Assembly (NCBI GenBank): GCA_963749495.1
Contig: CAVVMW010000006.1
Coordinates: forward strand, 160,001-224,000
DNA from: an uncultured bacterium
GTDB lineage: Bacteria; Verrucomicrobiota; Verrucomicrobiia; Limisphaerales; UBA8199
Length of the DNA: 64,000 nucleotides
Direction: 5' to 3'
A program made the translations under genes and the position numbers. A model generated the notes under the pieces. It worked only from the letters and a program-made list of their open reading frames with translations, did no database searches and was not told where the DNA came from. Shown here piece after piece: positions 9,451 to 19,847 of this stretch. The stretch's first letter is position 1. Each line of letters begins with the position of its first letter.

Positions 9451-9777
9451 CCCCTCACCCCGGCCCTCTCCCCTTCGGAAGGGGAGATCCACGGGTACCT
9501 TCACAGCGTCGTTCCGCCAGGCGCGCGCTGCCCCCGGCTCACCGCGTAGCGGTGCCCAATGGTAGCCGTGGACTTCCAGTCCACGGACCTATGGCCCAAG
9601 CTCAACCGCGTCGCGTAGCGACGCCTGAAAACCGCGACGCCTTCAGGCGTTGCTACGCGACGCGTGACTATTCCTACGCCCTGAACCGTGGACCGAGGTC
9701 CACGGCTACCTTCACTGGGTCGCTACGCGACGCCTCTCCCTCTCCCCTTTGGAAGGGGAGAGGGCCGGGGTGAGGGG
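9451..9777. repeat. Composite repeat: two inverted family C units enclosing a family D nested palindrome (9540-9731)
   Basis: CCCCTCACCCCGGCCCTCTCCCC ... GGGGAGAGGGCCGGGGTGAGGGG flanks GGTAGCCGTGGAC..GTCGCGTAGCGAC..CTACGCGACG..GTCCACGGCTACC. Confidence 0.85.
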
Positions 9778-10887
9778 TCTGCCCGGCACTCCGTCAATGT
9801 GCGAACCAGCCCATCGAGCCTGACTCTGGCTGTGTTCGCTGGAGATGACGAAACGGAAATAGCTGTCGCGGGGGCCGCCGGGGTACTGGACCAGCGGCGG
9901 GTAAATCCCGGCGGCCAGGAGGGCGTCTTTCAAGGCCGCAGCCTCGTGTCTGTTCTTGGGGACGTAGCGGACAATCGGCCCGGGCGCTGCGGGCAGGGCC
10001 CAACCCGCCTGGCGCAGGCGGAGCTTGACACAGGCCTGGTTCTGGATGAGGCGCCGGCGCATCCCCGGGTCCGCTGCCAGGAGCCGGATGCTCTCGAGCG
10101 CGGCGTTGGCCATGGGCAAGGGCACGGGGGTGCTGCCGACGAAGAGCGCGCTGCGTTTCAGAATGCGGCGGCGCAAGGCCGCCGTGCCCAGGATCGCACC
10201 CCCATAAGCCCCAAAGGCCTTGCTCAGGGTGATGGTCTGGATAAAACGGCCCTCGCGCCGCAGGCCGGCGTGCTCGATCGTTCCCTTGCCCGTCGCGCCC
10301 AGGACGCCTGCCGCGTGCGCGTCATCCACCAGGAGCCGGGCGTTGCCGGGCAGCACCGCCAGGTAGTCCGCCAGCGGCGCCGCAGTGCCGTCGCGCGCGA
10401 ACATGCCGTCGGTCAGCAGCAGCAGTCTGGCCCCGCGCCCGCAGCGGCGAACCAACCGCTCCAGGCCGGCGGCATCGCCGTGCTTGAACTGGAGCACCGG
10501 GCAGCCCAGGAACCGCGCAGCATCTGAGAGCGACGCGTGCGAGGCCCCGTCCAGGAGCGCATGGGAAAAGTCCCCCGCCAGGGCCTGGGCGGCGATGAGA
10601 TTGGCGATGTAGCCCGTGGGCGTGAGCAGGACACCCTCCGCATCGAAGAACCCGGCCAGCCGCCTCTCCAATCGCTGATAGAGAATGTGATTGCCGGTGG
10701 TCAGCCGCAACGCTGCCACATTCAGGCCCCAGCGCTGGGCGCCCGCCTGCACGGCCGCCACCACTGCCGGATGGCTGGACAGGCGGAAATAATCGCACCC
10801 GGAAAAGCAGGACAATTTGCGGCGGCCAAGGCGGACGTAAGTGCGATCCATCTGTTGCAGCGGCTCGGGCTCAATCATCACAGCCAC
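9712..10887 (-). CDS. bioF: 8-amino-7-oxononanoate synthase-like PLP enzyme; C-terminus probably frameshifted near 9820
   Basis: FSGCDYFRLS, TGYIANL, HASLSDA, VDDAHAAGVLG and TLSKAFGAYGG (PLP lysine). Confidence 0.75.
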   Translation of the reverse strand: MAVMIEPEPLQQMDRTYVRLGRRKLSCFSGCDYFRLSSHPAVVAAVQAGAQRWGLNVAALRLTTGNHILYQRLERRLAGFFDAEGVLLTPTGYIANLIAAQALAGDFSHALLDGASHASLSDAARFLGCPVLQFKHGDAAGLERLVRRCGRGARLLLLTDGMFARDGTAAPLADYLAVLPGNARLLVDDAHAAGVLGATGKGTIEHAGLRREGRFIQTITLSKAFGAYGGAILGTAALRRRILKRSALFVGSTPVPLPMANAALESIRLLAADPGMRRRLIQNQACVKLRLRQAGWALPAAPGPIVRYVPKNRHEAAALKDALLAAGIYPPLVQYPGGPRDSYFRFVISSEHSQSQARWAGSHIDGVPGRPLTPALSPSKGERERRRVATQ

Positions 10888-10918
10888 TTTATAAACGAGC
10901 GCGCGGCCTGTGCAAAAA

Positions 10919-11118
10919 CAAATTACGAATTGACACGGACCCGATCAATGCCGCCGCATCAGGCCGCCTCTTCGTTTCCTTCGTTTCCTTCTGTTCTGTT
11001 CCTGTGCTCAGCCGGCGGGATGCACGAAAAGAACAGAAGCGAACGAAGGAAACGAAGGATCGAAGACCCCGATCAGCTCTGAGAGCTGCGATCTGGAGGC
11101 CCCAAAAGAATTCTGTCT
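10919..11118. repeat. ~200-bp dispersed element, family E, with 9-bp TTCGTTTCC units
   Basis: Reverse-complement copy at 35757-35955 and partial copy at about 32472-32524. Confidence 0.85.
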
Positions 11119-11231
11119 CAGACCTGTCCTGCGCGCTCGAGGAAGGATCCGATTGCATTTCTCTCCGGGTTCCTTTAGTAAAAGCCCATGAACTCGCCAC
11201 CGCGGGGTTCCATTGATTCAAGGCCAGGCAA

Positions 11232-13871
11232 ATGGCTGCCGGTATGAATTCACGGCTTGGGCCAGCCGGCTGGCGGTCGCGGCGCGGCACGGGCCCTCTG
11301 TTGGCTGCCGCCGTTTTCCTGGCAGGCTTGACGGCCCTCGGTCAGGAGGCATCGCATCCGTTCCCCTCCAACTCCCTTTCGGGCGCCGTCTATAATATCA
11401 CGATGGTCACCGACAGCGCGCCCGATCTGACCGACATCAACAGCTACCTCCGTTCGATCACCTCGCAGTACGGCAGCCCACAGGAGCAGGCGATCGCGAT
11501 TTGGCGCTGGTCACAGCGGTTGCGCAAGCAGACTACCAACCCCATCGAGGATGGCCATTTCGTGCTCGACCCCATCCGCATGTTCAACGACTACGGCTAT
11601 TGCAACTGCGGGATCATCTCGGGCGTCAACGACGCGCTCTGGCTGCGCATGGGTTGGAAGGCCCGCTACGTCCAACTCGGCGATCACACCGTCTCCGAAT
11701 GCTCCTGGGATGCCGGGAAGACCTGGCACATGTTCGACAGTTCGATGAGCTTTTATTGCTTCAACGACCGCGGCGAGGTGGCCTCCGTGCGGGAGATCGA
11801 GCAGAACCCCCGATTCTACCTGGAGAATTTCGCGCCCGAGTGCGGCACCAACCCCGTCCGCTCTCCGGACGACCACCGGGGCTGGCGTTGCGCCTCGGAC
11901 CACCCGGTCGAGTACAAGCGGACGCTGGCCAACGGCTACGATTCCTTCAAGCCGCCCAACGACATTCAGGAAGCCAACCTGTACGCACAGTGGGGACATC
12001 GTTACGTCCTGAACCTGCGCCCGCGCGAGTATTACACCCGCTATTTCCATCCGCTGGCCGGCGGCGGGGTCCGCACCTTTCGGCCGGTGCGAGGCAACCA
12101 GGACGTGGACCCCAACGGGTGCATTCATGCCAACGGCCAATGGCATTACGCTCCAGATCTGCGTGACCCGGCAACGCGCGCGCTCGTCTTCTCCGAATCC
12201 GGCGTGAAGTGGACCCGCGAAGGCGTTCGGCCCCTCCGGGAAACCGGTTCGGTCGTGTTCAAGGTCAGTGCCGCCAACGTCGTCACTTCGGCCAGAATCC
12301 GGCTCGGCGGAACCAATGCCTCGGTCTCCATTTCACGTGACGCCGGGATTACCTGGCAGGGCTTGGCTGCCCCCTCCGGTGAAGCGGAGTGCCTGGAGCA
12401 GGTCGCCGGGGTTACGGAGTATCTGGCAAAGGTCGACTTGAGTGGAACCAATGCCCTGCTTTCATCGATTGTGCTCGAGACCGTCACGCAACTCAACCGG
12501 CCCGCGTTGCCCCGGTTGACTCGCGGCCCCAATCGTATCCAGGTCCGCCTCGGTCCCCAGGTCCAGACCATCCAGTTCCAGCCTTCCATCGTCGGCGGCA
12601 ATCATAAACGGACCGTTTGTTCGGAGAAATCCCTGGATGTCGATCCCCAGCCGGATTTCTACAAGCCGACTCTCCGGCCCGCGGAAAAGGCAACACCCTG
12701 TTACGCCACTTGGAAAATCGAGACGCCCACGCCCATCACCGACCTTGTCTTCGGCGGCACGGTCTGCGTCAAGTCGGCCAAGGATCGCGTGACCCTGCTC
12801 CATTCCTGGGACGGACAGAACTACGTCCGCGACTACCAGAAAGCGGACGACGCCATGCCGTACGACCTGATGGTGAACTGCCCCGTGGTTTCGGTGCCCC
12901 CGGCGGCCCGGACCGCGTACTTGCGGTATGAGTTTGAAACCGAGCAATTCGCCAGGCACTACTTCGGACCCGGAATCCAGATGGCCGCGATGACGGTTCA
13001 CCACCAACCCCGTGCCACGGGCTTCGTGCCCATCGAAGTGACTTTCTGCTGGACCGAGCACCGCGAATCAGGCGACCTGGAGCGCCGGCACACCGAGTTG
13101 GTGACCTCGCCCGCGCGCCAGTACACCTTCAACGTGGGCGGCTTCCGCGACCCCGCCATGAACTGGGTGCGGATGAATCTCCAAGGCTGCGGACCGGATG
13201 GAGACAGGGCTGGATACGCCGACGGACAGGACGTGGGACCTGGCGCTAAACCGGACTGGGTCCGCTATCGCTGGGGGAAGAACCTGGCCCTCGGCCGGCC
13301 CTACACGATCGTCGGGCTGCAGGACGCGCGCAACCCCGATGGCGGCGGTGATCTCACCGACGGGATCATCGCCCCGCCAGATACGTACGTTTCGGTCAAG
13401 TACATGCCGACTTATGTCATGTTCGCCCGGGACGTCTCGCCCGTCATCACGCTTGACTTGGGCAGTGAGCAAACCGTTTCCGCAGTCCGCATTCACGCAG
13501 GACAGGAGGGCGGCTTCCACCTTTCGTTTCCGGATACCATCAAGGTGGAGACCTCTTCCGACGGCAACTCCTTCGCCCACGCGGGCTCGGTGGGATTCGG
13601 GCAGGTCTTCGACCCGCCGGCCGATTACGTGCCGTGGGAACTGGACCAGGCCGCCATTTTCGATGATCTGCCCGCGGGTGGCCGGTTGGCCTACGCCTAC
13701 CGGATTCTATTCCACAGCCCGGTGCGCGCCCGGTATCTTCGCATCACGTGTGCCGGCCGCAAAGGCTGGGGGATGCTGCTCTCGGAGGTGCAGGCCTTCG
13801 ATCGCGTCAGCATGGAAACGAATGTCCCTCCGCTGGTGGTCCTGCCGCCCGCCAGCGGCCCCGGCAACTGA
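11232..13871 (+). CDS. Secreted multidomain protein: transglutaminase-like catalytic domain plus C-terminal F5/8 type C (discoidin) domain
   Basis: Signal peptide; GYCNCG..GDHTVSE..WHMFD triad spacing; NLALGRPY..LTDG..ITLDLG..ARYLRI..SEVQAF discoidin pattern. Confidence 0.7.
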   Translation: MAAGMNSRLGPAGWRSRRGTGPLLAAAVFLAGLTALGQEASHPFPSNSLSGAVYNITMVTDSAPDLTDINSYLRSITSQYGSPQEQAIAIWRWSQRLRKQTTNPIEDGHFVLDPIRMFNDYGYCNCGIISGVNDALWLRMGWKARYVQLGDHTVSECSWDAGKTWHMFDSSMSFYCFNDRGEVASVREIEQNPRFYLENFAPECGTNPVRSPDDHRGWRCASDHPVEYKRTLANGYDSFKPPNDIQEANLYAQWGHRYVLNLRPREYYTRYFHPLAGGGVRTFRPVRGNQDVDPNGCIHANGQWHYAPDLRDPATRALVFSESGVKWTREGVRPLRETGSVVFKVSAANVVTSARIRLGGTNASVSISRDAGITWQGLAAPSGEAECLEQVAGVTEYLAKVDLSGTNALLSSIVLETVTQLNRPALPRLTRGPNRIQVRLGPQVQTIQFQPSIVGGNHKRTVCSEKSLDVDPQPDFYKPTLRPAEKATPCYATWKIETPTPITDLVFGGTVCVKSAKDRVTLLHSWDGQNYVRDYQKADDAMPYDLMVNCPVVSVPPAARTAYLRYEFETEQFARHYFGPGIQMAAMTVHHQPRATGFVPIEVTFCWTEHRESGDLERRHTELVTSPARQYTFNVGGFRDPAMNWVRMNLQGCGPDGDRAGYADGQDVGPGAKPDWVRYRWGKNLALGRPYTIVGLQDARNPDGGGDLTDGIIAPPDTYVSVKYMPTYVMFARDVSPVITLDLGSEQTVSAVRIHAGQEGGFHLSFPDTIKVETSSDGNSFAHAGSVGFGQVFDPPADYVPWELDQAAIFDDLPAGGRLAYAYRILFHSPVRARYLRITCAGRKGWGMLLSEVQAFDRVSMETNVPPLVVLPPASGPGN

Positions 13872-13906
13872 CAGGCCCGAGTGAGCACATTCGAACCGAG
13901 AATAAC

Positions 13907-16533
13907 ATGAATCGATTCCGCCTGCTTTATTACGTGCCGTGGGCGCATCCCGACACTGCCCCCACCGCCGGGGGCCGGACCGGAGTGCGCCCGTCCTCGG
14001 GCGCAGCGACGTCCGCAGCCAGGGCAGCGGCCAAACACTCCAGCGCGCCTGCCCGCTCCGTCGCTGCTGCGCCCGAGGACGGGCGCACTCCGGGGGCAGC
14101 GTCACGATGCGCCCACGTTTCGTCAGCCGCCTTGATATGGCTCAGTCTGTTGGTGAGCCTGCACGCTGGCCGGGCTGCCGAGAATCTCTTGAAGGATGGC
14201 GGCTTCGAGCAGCGCCTCGACCAGCCTGACGAGCAGGGCAACCCTTTTTCACAGGCCAGCCAGGGGTTCGCCAAGGTCGCTGCACTTATCGCCGAGGCCA
14301 AGGCCAAGGGCCTCGACGTGCTCTATTGGCAGGCGGCCGCTATCCCGATGCGAGTCGGCCTGGATGAACGCTGGAAGAATTTCCCCGACGAACGCCCCGA
14401 GACCCTCCGGTATGTGGACAAGCGCGGCCCGGAGCTCGTCCAGGAAATCACCAGCGCGCTGGCGGGCAAGACCCAACCCCGGCAGGCGCCGCCCAAGCCT
14501 GATTTCACCCGGATGAAGCTCAGGGGCCGCAACTTTTGCGAAGGCGATGTTCCCACGTTCATCTATAGCGTCCACAGCGGTCCCAGCCCGGAGGCCGAGC
14601 CGTTCTTCGCCTCGCACACCACGTGGGTTTACACTTGCATGGCCCCGGGCGCCGACCGTTTCAATTACAAGCAAATGCCCATCTGGGAGGCCTTCAACCG
14701 CTATCCGGACACCCACCGCGTCTGGGACGGCGGCTGGTGCGGACACATCATCGCCGACAAGTGGTCCGGAGGCGTGAGCGGCGCCAACTGTGTGATTTGC
14801 CTGGAAAGCCCCCACACCCGCCGGGCCTGCGTCGAGGCCTATCGCAAAACCCTGCCGCCTCAATTGCAGAGCAAGACCCGCCTGGTCAGCCTGTTGGATT
14901 ACGAGTACTTTTACATCTGCTACTGCGATCTGACCCGCGACCTGTTCCGCGCCTGGCTTAAGGAGCGATTCGGGACCGTCGGAAAACTCAATGCCGCCTG
15001 GGACACGCGCCACAACGATTTTGACGAAGTCCAACTGCCGGACTATCGCCAAAGAGAACCCAATGACGCCAAGCGCTATGACTGGCTCGATTTTAACCTC
15101 TGGCGCTTCACCCAGTTCATGAAATGGGCCAAAGCCCAGCAGCGCCAGATCGATCCCGACATCCCCATGGCCACCTGCGCTCCCCACTACAACTTCACCA
15201 AGGAGTGGGGCGAGAGCGGCAGCGACGTTGAAGCTTTGACCCAGGAGGTCAATGACTTCTGCATCAACGAATCGCCGGCCTCGACCAAGTACGTCGATTT
15301 CCTCCGCTCGCTCAGCGATAACCGCAAGGCCATCGTCGAGGTTGAAGGCAGCGAATACCGGAACACAATGGCCGGCTTCCTGCACGGGTTGTCGGCCCTC
15401 TCGCTCTACTGGGGCTGGGCAGATAAACCGGGCGATGGCGGGGCCGTGCTTTATGGCCGCGGCAGCCGGCCTTGTACTGCACCCTCCAGGAAGCGGAGCG
15501 GTTCCTGCGCACCGGCCTGGACATTCGCCGGCTCCGCAAGGAAATCCTTGCCTTCCAACAGGACCTCAGGGCCCCCGTAGCCTTGCTCTACTCGAAGGCC
15601 TCGCTGCTGCAAGTGCCCGAGACCGGCGGCGACAAAACACCTTATCTGCTGGAGTTGGACCGGACCTACGATGCGCTGCTGGAGATAGGCGTGCCCGTTG
15701 ATTTCATCACTACCCGGCAGGTGCTTGCGGGCAAACTGGCGCAATACGGCGTGCTGGTCATCCCGGCCGCAACCTACGAGCAGCCCGAGGTGGTTCAGAC
15801 GGTGCTGAATTTCGTCCGGGGCGGCGGGCAGGTGGTCCTGGTTCCAAACAGTTGGTTCTTCGACCAGTACAACCGCAAACAGGATTACCTCGGTTCGCTG
15901 AACATCCGGGTGAGCAGCATGAAGGCCCCGAAGCTCGTTGCGGGCCAGGCCAAGACCGGCCTCCAGCGCGATGCCAGTGGCGAAGAAACGGAGGCCCCGT
16001 TCCTGATGGGGCTGATTGTGGACACCGTTGTCAGCGATGTGCCCAAGGCCAAGATCAAGACGGCCCGAGCCGCCGTCTTTCACGAGGAAGTGGAGTTGCA
16101 GGGCGCGGGGGTGCGGCACCTCCTGAAGGTCGGCGGCGACAACCGGGTCCTGGCCACGTTCCCTGACGGTCAACCGGCGATCGTCCAGGTGCCGCTGGAC
16201 AAGGGTAACCTCTACTACCTGGCTATACCGCTGATGCCCGAGAGCATGGCCGTGCTAATGGGCGCCATCCTTACGGATCGCGGCGCGCAGAGCCCGCTCC
16301 GGTTCGTGGCCCCGGACGGCCGGCATGTCAGCCGCCTCGAGTACCGCGCCGTCCAGACCAGCGAGGGCTGGCTGGCCTTTGTCAACAACCTGGACCGCCA
16401 GCGCGACCAGCACGTGAAGCTGGCGACCAGCCTCAAGGTTGCCGGCATCCGCAACCTGACGCTGGAGGCTGACCTGGCGCCGAGTTTCACGGTTCCAGCC
16501 GGCGAAACCTATATTTTGAGGCTCACGCAGTAG
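13907..16533 (+). CDS. GH42-like beta-galactosidase with trimerisation domain; 1-base frameshift near 15470
   Basis: CYCD..FRAWLKERFGTVGKLNAAW..DWLDF..QIDPDIPMAT in the first frame; PVALLYS..GVPVDFI..YGVLVIP in the 15472-16533 frame. Confidence 0.75.
13938..14117. repeat. 180-bp palindromic element, family F, in frame inside the GH42 5' end
   Basis: Outer IR CGTGGGCGCATC / GATGCGCCCACG; inner IR CGGAGTGCGCCCGTCCTCGGGCGCAGC / GCTGCGCCCGAGGACGGGCGCACTCCG. Confidence 0.85.
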
Positions 16534-16594
16534 CTCCTGATGAATCCGGCCAGCACGAACCCTCCCGCGCACGCAACTGTTCAGGTGCGGACGC

Positions 16595-16708
16595 GTGGGG
16601 CAGCCCTCCGGGCTGCCGGTTGCAGGGGCCTCTGGCCCCGAGCCTCGCAACTGCAAGGGACACGGAGCCGGAGGCTCCGTGAACCGGCAGACCAGAGGTC
16701 TGCCCCAC
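16595..16708. repeat. REP-like palindromic element, family G
   Basis: GTGGGGCAGCCCTCCGGGCTGCCGGTT ... AACCGGCAGACCAGAGGTCTGCCCCAC, with internal hairpins. Confidence 0.8.
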
Positions 16709-16773
16709 AGTTACGCGCAAACCAGCACTCTGGCGCAGGATCATCGACACTCCCGCGGAAACGCAGGACCAAT

Positions 16774-19179
16774 ATGAAGCCCTCCTCAGCCAATTGTCGT
16801 CGGATTGTGGTGGCATTGTCAGTCTCGCTCGCGAGTCTGTTTCATTGCCTGGACACCGGGGCTGCCGCGACGCTCGCCATCGAAAACGGAACGCTGCTGG
16901 CCCGATACGATGATGCCGCCCAGAGCTTTTCCGTGACCGAGAAGGCTTCCGGCCTGAGGTTCATCGCGGAGGGCAAGCTCGATGGGGCCGCGGGCACCGC
17001 CCGGATCGAGTCCGTCAAGGACCCTGTGTTCGGCGCCGGCAAGCGCATCCTGGTGGAGCGGGCAGAGGGGGGTGTCGTCTCGCTCCAACTCTGCCACGGC
17101 TTGCCGTTCCTTCTGCTCCGCGGCGAAGTGTGCAACCACAGCCCCGCGCCGGCGGACATTTCGCGCGTTGCGCCGGCCAGTTTCACGCTCGATTTGGGCC
17201 AACCGGCCAGCCAACTGCGCACCGTGGGCACGGCGGGGCTGACCGCGCCGGACCAGAACCCGGGCAGCTATCTTTTCCTGACTTTGGCGGAGCCGGCAAC
17301 ACGGCGGGGCGTAGTGGCCGGCTGGCTCACGAGCGATCGGGGGAGCGGGGTGCTCTTCTCGGAAGTCCAGGAGGGCCGCGTCCGGTTCAAGACCCAGCTC
17401 GACTACGGCCATCTGCGCCTCCAGGCCGGCGAATCCGCAAGCCTGGAGACCTTGGCCATCGGCCTTTTTGAGGACGCGCGCCTGGGGCAGGAGCGTTTTG
17501 CCGCTGCCATCGCGCGGCAATACCGCATCCATCTCAAGCTGCCGCTGGCGGGGTATTGCACCTGGTACTCGAACCCGCACGGCGGCGCCGCAGACGAGAA
17601 ATCCATCGTGGAGTTGGCGGACTTTGCGGCCAGGGAACTCAAGCAGTTCGGATTCTCCTTTGTGCAGATCGATGACAAGTGGCAGGACGGCAAGGAACGG
17701 AACGGGCCCGCCCGCCGTTTTCTGCGCGCCAAACCCGACGGCCCGTATCCCCACGGCATGAAACCCGTCGCGGACCAGTTCCAGCAGCTCGGGCTGACGG
17801 CGGGCATCTGGTTCCTGCCCTTTGCCAGCGATTACCAGGACCCGGAGTTCAAGGACCGGCAGGACTGGTTTGTGCGGCGCGCCGACGGCAAGCCCTTCGA
17901 GACGCCGTGGGGCAATACTTCCCTGGATCTCACGCGGCCAGAGGTCCGGGCTTACCTGGCTGAGATGGTCCGCACGATTCACGGCTGGGGCTACAACTAT
18001 TTCAAGATGGATGGCCTATGGACCGGCACCGCCACCGAACAGATTTACGTGAACGACGGCTATCGCGACGACCACATCGGCACCAACGCGCCATTCTATA
18101 ATCCCAGGAAAACCAACCTCGAGGCCTTCCGCGACGGCTTGAAGCTGCTGCGCCAGGCCGCCGGCCCGGACGTGTTTTTCTCCGGGTGCAACGTGAGCCA
18201 GAACATGCGCACGCTGGGCGGCTGCCTCGGCCTGGTGGACTCGATGCGCATCGGCCCGGACAACGGCCAGCGCTGGGGCGACTACCGCCAGGAGATCGCC
18301 CGCAACGGTTCCGGTTCGATCATCACCGGCCCGGTGCGGGGCACGCGACTCTACTTCCTCAACGGCCGGGTCTGGTGGAACGACCCCGACCCCAGTTACG
18401 TTCGCGCTTCCGTCCCGCTCTCGCAGGCGCGGCTCATCACCTCGTGGGTCGCTTTGAGCGGCCAGTTCTATCTCAACAGCGATTGGCTTCCCCAACTGCC
18501 GCCCGAGCGCCTGGACATCATCAAACGCACCATCCCGGCCCACGGGGCTACGGCGCGGCCCGTGGACTACTTCGATACCGTCATGCCCCGGATTTGGCTC
18601 GTCACGGACACGCGCCAGGCCGTTCGCCGCGACGTGCTGGGCCTGTTCAACTGGGAAAACGAGGACCAGGCCATCGCCTGCACCACGGCCAAGGCCGGCC
18701 TTGACCCGACAAAGAGTTACTTTGCGTTCGATTTTTGGGCCAACGCCCCTGCCCGGTCTTTCTCCGGAGAATTGAGTTGTGAAGTGCCCGCCCAATCCTG
18801 CCGGGTCATCGCCCTGCACGCCGCGGAGGGGCATCCGGTGCTGGTGAGCACCTCGCGGCATGTCTCCCAGGGCATCCTCGATGTGAGCGGCGAGAAATGG
18901 AGCGGCTCCGCCAAAGTGCTCTCGGGCACCAGCCGCGTCATCGGCAACGATCCGTATGAGCTGCGCATCGCCGGGCTCGAAGACGGCGGCAAGGGCTGGA
19001 AGCTGGTCTCGGCCAGTGTCTCCTCTGCTGACAAGGCGGCCGCGGTCACCGTTGAGCCCAAGCCAACGGCTCCCGGCGAAGCGGGTTGGCTGCGCGTGGT
19101 CATCCATTCGAAAGAGAGCCGCCCGGTAAAGTGGTCGCTCAAGTTTACGTCCGAGGCCGGTCCGGCTTCAGGGAGGTGA
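16774..19179 (+). CDS. Alpha-galactosidase (GH36/GH27 clan D)
   Basis: GYCTWY, FVQIDDKWQ, YNYFKMDG (nucleophile) and MRIGPD. ATG 16774 gives a signal peptide; the longer ORF start only runs through a repeat. Confidence 0.85.
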   Translation: MKPSSANCRRIVVALSVSLASLFHCLDTGAAATLAIENGTLLARYDDAAQSFSVTEKASGLRFIAEGKLDGAAGTARIESVKDPVFGAGKRILVERAEGGVVSLQLCHGLPFLLLRGEVCNHSPAPADISRVAPASFTLDLGQPASQLRTVGTAGLTAPDQNPGSYLFLTLAEPATRRGVVAGWLTSDRGSGVLFSEVQEGRVRFKTQLDYGHLRLQAGESASLETLAIGLFEDARLGQERFAAAIARQYRIHLKLPLAGYCTWYSNPHGGAADEKSIVELADFAARELKQFGFSFVQIDDKWQDGKERNGPARRFLRAKPDGPYPHGMKPVADQFQQLGLTAGIWFLPFASDYQDPEFKDRQDWFVRRADGKPFETPWGNTSLDLTRPEVRAYLAEMVRTIHGWGYNYFKMDGLWTGTATEQIYVNDGYRDDHIGTNAPFYNPRKTNLEAFRDGLKLLRQAAGPDVFFSGCNVSQNMRTLGGCLGLVDSMRIGPDNGQRWGDYRQEIARNGSGSIITGPVRGTRLYFLNGRVWWNDPDPSYVRASVPLSQARLITSWVALSGQFYLNSDWLPQLPPERLDIIKRTIPAHGATARPVDYFDTVMPRIWLVTDTRQAVRRDVLGLFNWENEDQAIACTTAKAGLDPTKSYFAFDFWANAPARSFSGELSCEVPAQSCRVIALHAAEGHPVLVSTSRHVSQGILDVSGEKWSGSAKVLSGTSRVIGNDPYELRIAGLEDGGKGWKLVSASVSSADKAAAVTVEPKPTAPGEAGWLRVVIHSKESRPVKWSLKFTSEAGPASGR

Positions 19180-19195
19180 CTCGCCGGTTTTAATT

Positions 19196-19762
19196 TCACC
19201 GGTGCCCAGCCTCAAGCTTCATCCAGTCATCACGCAGAATTGCCAGGAGAACCACGTCCTCGAACACGCCCCACTTTCGCACCCGTTGACGCAACAACCC
19301 CTCCCGTTTCATGCCTGCCTTCTGCAACACCCGGCCGGACGCCGGATTCCGGACCATGTGGTGGGCGTAAACCCGGTTCAGTTTCAACTGCTCAAAAGCG
19401 TAGCGGATGACCGCCCGCGCCGCTTCGGTCGCATAGCCTTTGCCCCAGGATTCGACTTCAGTCCAGAAACCCATCTCGGCCTGAGAGTGCTCGGTATCAA
19501 TCTCGCGCAGGCCCACCGCTCCCATGAGCCGCCCCTCTTGCCTGGTCGTGATGCCGAAGACGAGTTCCTTTCCCGCGCCGGCTGGGCCGGCGTGGGTGGC
19601 GATCCATTCCCGCGCCTGGTCTTGGGAATAGGGATGGGGAATCGAAATGGTCGTGTCGGCGATCTCGCGGCGCCCTGCCAACCGGGCCACAGTCGGCGCA
19701 TCCTCTGGCGTCAGCGGCCGCAGCACCAAGCGTTCAGTTTCCAAGATGAGTTGTTGCATCAT
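19196..19762 (-). CDS. RimJ/RimL-family GNAT N-acetyltransferase
   Basis: LETERLVLRPL, WGKGYATEA and NPASGRVLQKAGMKREG. Confidence 0.9.
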   Translation of the reverse strand: MMQQLILETERLVLRPLTPEDAPTVARLAGRREIADTTISIPHPYSQDQAREWIATHAGPAGAGKELVFGITTRQEGRLMGAVGLREIDTEHSQAEMGFWTEVESWGKGYATEAARAVIRYAFEQLKLNRVYAHHMVRNPASGRVLQKAGMKREGLLRQRVRKWGVFEDVVLLAILRDDWMKLEAGHR

Positions 19763-19847
19763 GTTGCCATCCAGAGCTTACCACATCCTGTTTCAACTTG
19801 ACCGCATTTCGGACAAGGCCCCATCGTCTCGAGGAAAACGCGTTGGC

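Noticed and set aside
16540..16773. N-terminal extension of the GH36 ORF
   Set aside because: It only translates a palindromic repeat; ATG 16774 gives a proper signal peptide.
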